From: an uncultured delta proteobacterium
GTDB taxonomy: Bacteria; Desulfobacterota; Binatia; JACPRU01
Direction: 5' to 3'
NCBI GenBank assembly: GCA_963745025.1
Contig: CAVUWD010000012.1
Span: 1-64,000, forward strand
DNA length: 64,000 nucleotides
Within the stretch, counting starts at the first letter, position 1, and each line of letters opens with the position of its first letter. Made by a program: the position numbers and the translations under genes. A model generated the notes under the pieces. It did not search any database, was not told where the DNA came from, and worked only from the letters and a program-made list of their open reading frames with translations. Shown in pieces: positions 58,537 to 64,000 of the stretch.

Positions 58537-58901
58537 GGTTTCGACTCCTTCTCCTCCGCGGCCGCCCCGTCTTCCTCTTCCTGGGCACGATTGCGCAGCG
58601 CCTCGAGGTCGAGCTCGATGTCGCGGGTGATCGGGTGGCCCGGCGGAAGCATCTCCACTTCGATCATCGCCGCGCATCCCGGGCAGTAGAATTCGACGAG
58701 GCGCGTCCAGCCGGGGTCGTACGAGAACGAATGCTTCTCGTCGACGAGCGGGCGCCAGATCTCGTGCGGGCTACGCTCGGCCACCATGCACCCGTGCTTG
58801 TAGTTCTCGCGAGCCGAGCCGAGCGAGTGGCCGCACCAGTGGCAGAGCCACTCGAGGCGGTCGAGGTCGACTTCGAGGTTCTCCGTGATCCGTCGCTTCA
58901 T
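58533..58901 (-). CDS. Acetone/acetophenone carboxylase small zinc subunit (ApcB/AcxC-like)
   Basis: MKRRITENL, CHWCGH, ENYK and EFYCPGC; 122 aa. Confidence 0.88.
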   Translation of the reverse strand: MKRRITENLEVDLDRLEWLCHWCGHSLGSARENYKHGCMVAERSPHEIWRPLVDEKHSFSYDPGWTRLVEFYCPGCAAMIEVEMLPPGHPITRDIELDLEALRNRAQEEEDGAAAEEKESKP

Positions 58902-60826
58902 CCCATCCTCGTGACGCGGATCTCGCCGAGCGTGCCGACCCGGACGGTCGTGCTCGGCGGTACGGGAACCGTGGTGTCGCCGCTCTCGACGATCGCGGGT
59001 CCCGCGATCGTCGCGCCGGCGCGAAGCGCATCCCAATCGTAGACGGGAGTCTTCGCCGCGGTCCCCTGCCACACGACCGCACGAGAGCCGCACGGCTCGA
59101 TCGTCCCCGGCTCTCGCCGGGGGAGCGATGCGCGCCGTCCCGGCACGCTCGCCTTGAGCCTGAAGAGCCGCAGCACCTCGCGGTGCTTCGCCGCGCGTTC
59201 GAGCGCGGCTCCGAGGTCGGCCGCGTCGCCGAGGTCGACCGCTTCGACGCTCCCGTCGCCATTTCCGATCTCCCCCTCGAGCACGAAGGACACGGCGTGG
59301 AGATCCACTCCTTCGCCGCGCATGTCGCGCAGCGCACGCCTCGAGAGCACCTCGAGCGTCTTGCGAACCTCGCCGTCGACTCGCGCCTCGTAGACGTGGA
59401 GGAGGTCGAGCCGGGAGAGGCCGAAGGCGCTGAAGACCGGAGACAAGGGAAAGGCGAAGAAGCCGGCGAGGCTCGCCTCCGCCGCGATCGCCGCGGCGAG
59501 AAGGCCGCCGGCACCACCGGTGGCGAAGAGCCAGGTCTTCGCGGCGACGAGACCCCGCTCGGCGAGCAGACGGCGAACGTCGGTCGCGACCACGTGCGCC
59601 GCCTGGCGGAGAATGCGGTGGGCGGCGGTCTCGACGCGGGCGCCGAGCGGCTTCGCGATCTTCTCTTCGATGATCCGCTTGGCGGCGGCGACGTCGAGCG
59701 TCTTGCGCCCGCCGAGGAAGTTCGCGGGGTCGAAGAAGCCGAGGACGCAGGCGGCATCGGTCACCGTCGCGTCGGAGCCACCGAGCCCGAAGGCGGCGGG
59801 CCCGGGTTGCGCGCCGGCGCTTCGCGGACCGACCACCAGCGCGCCACCCGAAACGGCCGCGATCGAGCCGCCGCCGATGCCGATCGACTCGAGCTCGAGG
59901 ACGGGCAGCGAAATCGTGACACCGTCGATCGTCGGCTGCACCGCGTAGCGCCAGCTCCCGTCGACGACGATCGAGACGTCGCTGCTCGTCCCGCCGACGT
60001 CGATCGCGACGACCGTCTCGAGGGCGAGCTCGCGGGCGAGCGCCGCCGCCCCGGCGACGCCGCCCGCCGGGCCCGATCCCCACGTCCGGATCGCCGTCGT
60101 CTTCGCGACCCGCGAGGAGCCGCCGTTCGACTGCGCGACGAGCAGCGGCCGAGTCGAGCCGCTCCGTCTGAGCTCGTCCTCGACCCGGTAGAGGAAGCGG
60201 CTCATGACCGGATGGAGGTAGGCATCGAGGACAGCCGTCGCGACGCGGAGGAAGGGATCGGGCGAGAGTGTCACCTCGTGAGACGCCACGATCGGAACCG
60301 CGCCGAGATAGTGCCGCGGATACTCGGCCGCGATGAACGTGCGCACGGCGAGCTCGCGCTCGGCGAGATCCGGCCCGTCCGCGAGGGCGATGACGACGAT
60401 GCGCGCGCCCCGCTCGAGCAGACCGCGGAGCGCGGCAACCGTCACCGCTGCGGCCTCGGCTGCCTTCGGTGACGGCAGCTTCTCGACCAGGTTTCTCGCG
60501 AGGGGGAGCGTCTCCGGAAGCCGCGAGACGATCGATTCGTAGAGATCACTGCCGACGAGGAGACCGACCTTCGCGCCGCTGCGGTTGATCAAGGCGTTCG
60601 TCGCGACCGTCGTCGAGAGCCGGACGACGTCGGTCTGCCGCAGCAGTCCAGACCGATCGATTCCGAGAAGAGAGGCCGCTTGATCGATGCAACGCAGGAT
60701 TCCTTCAGTGAGATCGTGCGGCGTCGTGTCGACCTTCGACCGCACCGCCTCGACGCCTCCGCTCACGTAACCGTCGGTGAAGGTGCCGCCGGTGTCGAGC
60801 TCGATCGTGTATCGCGTTCTCGGCAC
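58898..60826 (-). CDS. Hydantoinase A/oxoprolinase ATPase subunit (ApcA-like)
   Basis: DTGGTFTD, SGPAGG, DVGGTS and GIGGGS. The start is uncertain. Confidence 0.85.
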   Translation of the reverse strand: MPRTRYTIELDTGGTFTDGYVSGGVEAVRSKVDTTPHDLTEGILRCIDQAASLLGIDRSGLLRQTDVVRLSTTVATNALINRSGAKVGLLVGSDLYESIVSRLPETLPLARNLVEKLPSPKAAEAAAVTVAALRGLLERGARIVVIALADGPDLAERELAVRTFIAAEYPRHYLGAVPIVASHEVTLSPDPFLRVATAVLDAYLHPVMSRFLYRVEDELRRSGSTRPLLVAQSNGGSSRVAKTTAIRTWGSGPAGGVAGAAALARELALETVVAIDVGGTSSDVSIVVDGSWRYAVQPTIDGVTISLPVLELESIGIGGGSIAAVSGGALVVGPRSAGAQPGPAAFGLGGSDATVTDAACVLGFFDPANFLGGRKTLDVAAAKRIIEEKIAKPLGARVETAAHRILRQAAHVVATDVRRLLAERGLVAAKTWLFATGGAGGLLAAAIAAEASLAGFFAFPLSPVFSAFGLSRLDLLHVYEARVDGEVRKTLEVLSRRALRDMRGEGVDLHAVSFVLEGEIGNGDGSVEAVDLGDAADLGAALERAAKHREVLRLFRLKASVPGRRASLPRREPGTIEPCGSRAVVWQGTAAKTPVYDWDALRAGATIAGPAIVESGDTTVPVPPSTTVRVGTLGEIRVTRMG

Positions 60827-60928
60827 CGGCTTCGAGGATCGCGGCGATCGGCCGTCAGCGCTCGGCTTTCGGCGAAGCACCGCGGGATGCCCTTCCCGAA
60901 AGCCGATGGCCGACGACCCCCTCGATCG

Positions 60929-61345
60929 TCAGCTGAGCTTGCAGCTCTTGGTGTGCGCGATCGCGTCGTAGACGCATTCGATCATGAGCCCTTCCCCCTC
61001 GCCGCTTCCCTTGGCGGCAACCCGCAGCGTGGGATCGGCTTCGAGATCGGGGGGATAGATCGCGAAGTGGAACGTGGGCGATACGGCTAGGTCCACACCG
61101 AGGGCCTGTTTCGTGGCCTCGGGCGAGAGCGTGCCGCTCTTGTCGCGCCAGAACTTGCCCTCGCGCTCCTTGTAGGCTCGCTCGGCCTCGATCAGCGCGT
61201 CGAGCACCGGTTGCACGCGCGCGGCGAAGGCTTCGCTCCTGCGCCTTTCGGAGCGACCGCGCAAGTAGGGCGGTGCGATGATCGCGGCGATGAGCGCGAG
61301 GGTGGCGGCGGCGATGAGAATCGACGTGAGCGCGGTTTTCGACAT
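60929..61345 (-). CDS. Pilin-like membrane-anchored hypothetical protein
   Basis: N-terminal TM helix (IIAPPY) followed by an amphipathic helix (AERAYKE) and a C-terminal Cys pair; no clear prepilin cleavage site. Confidence 0.55.
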   Translation of the reverse strand: MSKTALTSILIAAATLALIAAIIAPPYLRGRSERRRSEAFAARVQPVLDALIEAERAYKEREGKFWRDKSGTLSPEATKQALGVDLAVSPTFHFAIYPPDLEADPTLRVAAKGSGEGEGLMIECVYDAIAHTKSCKLS

Positions 61346-61681
61346 TCAAGGTTTCCTTTCGCGGACCTCATCCAGAGCGTAGTGAATCACGAGAAATCCT
61401 TCCCTTCTCCCCAAACGGAGAGCGGGCGAAAGCTGGCCGATCCGTGCGTGTGACGGGCATGTCGGTGGGCGTGCGCCTTACCTTCCCTTCGGCCATGGAA
61501 TTCTTCTCTTCCGATCCGGCGCGGCGTCATCGCCTCACGAAGTCGCTCGACCCCTATGGCCGCGCGGCGCGGCGATCCTACCGCTCCGCGCCGCGCTGTG
61601 CGAGAGGTCGTGCGGCTTTTGTCCCCCCGCTTTCGAGCGAATCGCTCGCGACGAGCTCCCGGCATGTGTAATGGAACGATC

Positions 61682-62686
61682 ATGAGAATCTGCTTGTGCC
61701 GACGAGGAGCCACTCGGATCCTCGAGTCGCTCCGTGCGGAGCTTCCGGAAGACGAGGTTCTGGAATGCTCGCCGGAAGAAGTGCAAGACGTCGCGCGCCG
61801 GGTGGAGGTGGTCGTGCCGATCGTCGCCCGGGTTGGCGAAGACGCTCTCGCCTCCCCCTGCCTGCGCCTCGTCCAACAGTTCGGCGCGGGGCTCGACGTC
61901 GTGGACATCGATTCGGCGTCCCGCCACGGCGTCTACGTCGCCAACGTCCCGAGCGGTGAAACGGCGAACGCCGATTCGGTCGCGGAGCTCGCCGTCCTTC
62001 TGATGATCGCGCTCGCTCGGAGGTGGTCTCGCGCTCAGGAGAGCTTGCGGGCGCGCCGCATCGGCGTGCCGATCGGAACGACGCTCAAGGGGAAGACCGT
62101 GGCGATCGTGGGCTTCGGTGGAATCGGACGTGCTCTCGCGCGGCGCCTCCGTGCGTTCAGCGTCCGCGTCGTCGCCATTTCCCGACACGGGCCTCGGGAG
62201 GCCGCGGCGGAAGCCGATCTCCACCTGCCGGCGTCCGGACTGCATGCGGCTCTCGAGCAGGCGGACTTCGTTGTCGTCGCCACGCCGCTTCAGGCAGAGA
62301 CTCGCGGCCTCATTGGCCGGGACGCGTTCGCTCACATGAAGCGAGGGGCCTTCCTGGTGAACATTGCGCGCGGCGCCGTGGTCGACCGCGAGGCGCTGCT
62401 CGAAGCGCTCCGCTCGGGGAAGCTCGGCGGAGCAGGGCTCGACGTTTTCTGGGAAGAGCCCCCCGATCCGGCGGATCCGCTGTTTTCCTACGAGGTCGTA
62501 GCGACGCCGCACGTGGGCGGCGCCACCGACACGTCCCTTCAGGACATCGCCCGGGAAGTGGCCGCAAACGTGAATCGACTCCGGCGTGGGGAAGCTCCTC
62601 GGAACTGCGCCAACGCAGCGTCGATCGACCCGGCATCGCTGCGCGCGAAGCAAGACGGCACCCGTCAAAAGGCGGTAATGCCGTAG
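61682..62686 (+). CDS. D-isomer-specific 2-hydroxyacid dehydrogenase
   Basis: GAGLD, SVAE, GFGGIG, NIARG, DVFWEEP and TPHVGG. Confidence 0.92.
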   Translation: MRICLCRRGATRILESLRAELPEDEVLECSPEEVQDVARRVEVVVPIVARVGEDALASPCLRLVQQFGAGLDVVDIDSASRHGVYVANVPSGETANADSVAELAVLLMIALARRWSRAQESLRARRIGVPIGTTLKGKTVAIVGFGGIGRALARRLRAFSVRVVAISRHGPREAAAEADLHLPASGLHAALEQADFVVVATPLQAETRGLIGRDAFAHMKRGAFLVNIARGAVVDREALLEALRSGKLGGAGLDVFWEEPPDPADPLFSYEVVATPHVGGATDTSLQDIAREVAANVNRLRRGEAPRNCANAASIDPASLRAKQDGTRQKAVMP

Positions 62687-62688
62687 CC

Positions 62689-63717
62689 ATGGCCAAGCGA
62701 GTGGACGCGGAGCTCGCACGCATCCTCACGGCGCTGCGAGCGGAGGAGAGCCCGCTTCGGCGGAGCGGGGTCGCGCTCATCGTCGACTTCGCGCTCGTGC
62801 GGCCGCTACGCGACTTCGTCGACGCGGAAGGACTGATCCGGCTCCTCACCGATTCGTTGCAGTCCGCGAACGTCGTCGAGGTGCTTCGCGATCGCATCCC
62901 GCAGGCCTGGAGTCGGCACGTCCGACGGAGCCGCGATCGACGCCTCCCCCTCGGCGCAGCCCTTCCGGAGAAGGTCCGCTCCCGGCTCCGCGACGTGATC
63001 GCTGCGACCCGCCCGCCGCCCGGACGCTGGATGCGTAGCGCCGTTGACCCCGTCCTCGTCCGCAAGCTCGTCGCCCCGGTCATCCAAGACGTCCTCACCG
63101 CCTTCACCCGGCAGTTGCCGGTTTTCGGCTCCGGCATATCATCGTGGCCGGGTATCGGTGCCATGGCTGCTCTCGGCAGCCGCGTGCGGGAAGAGATCGA
63201 GAGGCGCGCCGGTCAAGTCGCGGACGCCGGACGGGCGGTCCTCGGCGGAATCGGCATCGATCTCGAGGGACAGATCGAAGCGGCCACGCGCGAGTTCAGC
63301 CAAACGGCCGAGCGCGGCTTTCGCGAGGCGCTGGCGAAGCGGATCGAGACGCCGGAGGGTCGCGCCCTCCTCGGGGAGATCCAGGGCCAGGTGCTCGACC
63401 GGCTGCTCGCCGCCCGCTTCGACGAGCTCCACGAGGACGTGGAAAGCCTCCCGTGGAGCGAGCTCGTAGAGCTCGCCGCTCCCGCGCTCGATCACCTCCG
63501 GAGGCAGCCCTTCGTCCGGCACGCGCTACGTGAGGAAATCGACGCATGGCTCGCCGTCGACAGCGCCCGGCCGCTGCGGGCCCTGCTCGACGAGCTGGGT
63601 CTCCTCGCTCCCGTCCGCCAGCACGCTCTCGCGCGCGCCGACGAGCTGGCGCGCAAGCTTTTCTCCAGCACCGCCTTCGCGCGCTGGCTCGGCGCGCTGC
63701 TCGGGTCCCGCGACTAG
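62689..63717 (+). CDS. Hypothetical all-alpha protein (342 aa)
   Basis: ATG 2 nt after the previous stop; typical codon usage. Confidence 0.7.
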   Translation: MAKRVDAELARILTALRAEESPLRRSGVALIVDFALVRPLRDFVDAEGLIRLLTDSLQSANVVEVLRDRIPQAWSRHVRRSRDRRLPLGAALPEKVRSRLRDVIAATRPPPGRWMRSAVDPVLVRKLVAPVIQDVLTAFTRQLPVFGSGISSWPGIGAMAALGSRVREEIERRAGQVADAGRAVLGGIGIDLEGQIEAATREFSQTAERGFREALAKRIETPEGRALLGEIQGQVLDRLLAARFDELHEDVESLPWSELVELAAPALDHLRRQPFVRHALREEIDAWLAVDSARPLRALLDELGLLAPVRQHALARADELARKLFSSTAFARWLGALLGSRD

Positions 63718-64000
63718 ATTCTGACCCTACCGAGCCGCAGCGCGTTTCCGATCACCGATACGGAGCTGAGGCTCATGGCAGCGGCGGCGATCATCGGGCT
63801 CAGCAGGATGCCGAAGAAGGGATAGAGAACGCCGGCGGCGATCGGCACACCGAGCGAGTTGTAGACGAAGGCGAAGAAGAGGTTCTGCGTGATGTTGCGA
63901 AGTGTTGCCCGGCTCAGCCTGCGCGCGCGGACGATGCCGCGCAGGTCTCCCTTGACGAGCGTCACGCCGGCGCTCTCGATCGCAACGTCCGTCCCGGTTC
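63714..64000 (-). CDS. copA: Cu(+)-type P1B ATPase, C-terminal part (runs off the window)
   Basis: [19 protein letters not shown] and [18 protein letters not shown]. Confidence 0.9.
   Translation of the reverse strand, partial: TGTDVAIESAGVTLVKGDLRGIVRARRLSRATLRNITQNLFFAFVYNSLGVPIAAGVLYPFFGILLSPMIAAAAMSLSSVSVIGNALRLGRVRI

Noticed and set aside
56371-58689. Long plus-strand ORFs antisense to real genes (also 1789..3066, 9408..11105 and 48481..50496)
   Set aside because: These are typical stop-poor shadow frames of high-GC coding DNA with no motifs.

Overview
This is a GC-rich bacterial chromosomal window with no rRNA, tRNA, CRISPR array or transposase. The gene content (F420-type enzymes, methanethiol oxidase, sigma-54 promoters, a bacterial histone) suggests a diderm Deltaproteobacteria-like lineage such as Binatia, but this is inference only. 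From left to right it holds: a heavily frameshifted 4-hydroxybutyryl-CoA dehydratase-like gene; mtoX with a SCO-MauG fusion; a carotenoid oxygenase, ADH, F420:NADPH reductase and Atu/Liu-like terpene catabolic genes; two selenoprotein genes split by the ORF track (AhpD-like CxxU and PrdB/GrdB-like UxxC) that share an identically spaced CC-GUC-GG SECIS-like hairpin; several decayed gene remnants; a DUF6502/DUF5666-like pair with a candidate operator; a PilB/GspE-zinc ribbon-receiver fusion; two sensor kinases; a zinc-finger histone-fold protein; a stand-alone KS-AT-DH-cMT-ER-KR-ACP-TE polyketide synthase; an acetophenone carboxylase-like apcABCD operon; and the 3' end of a copper P-type ATPase. 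Family calls come from motif recognition, not database searches.
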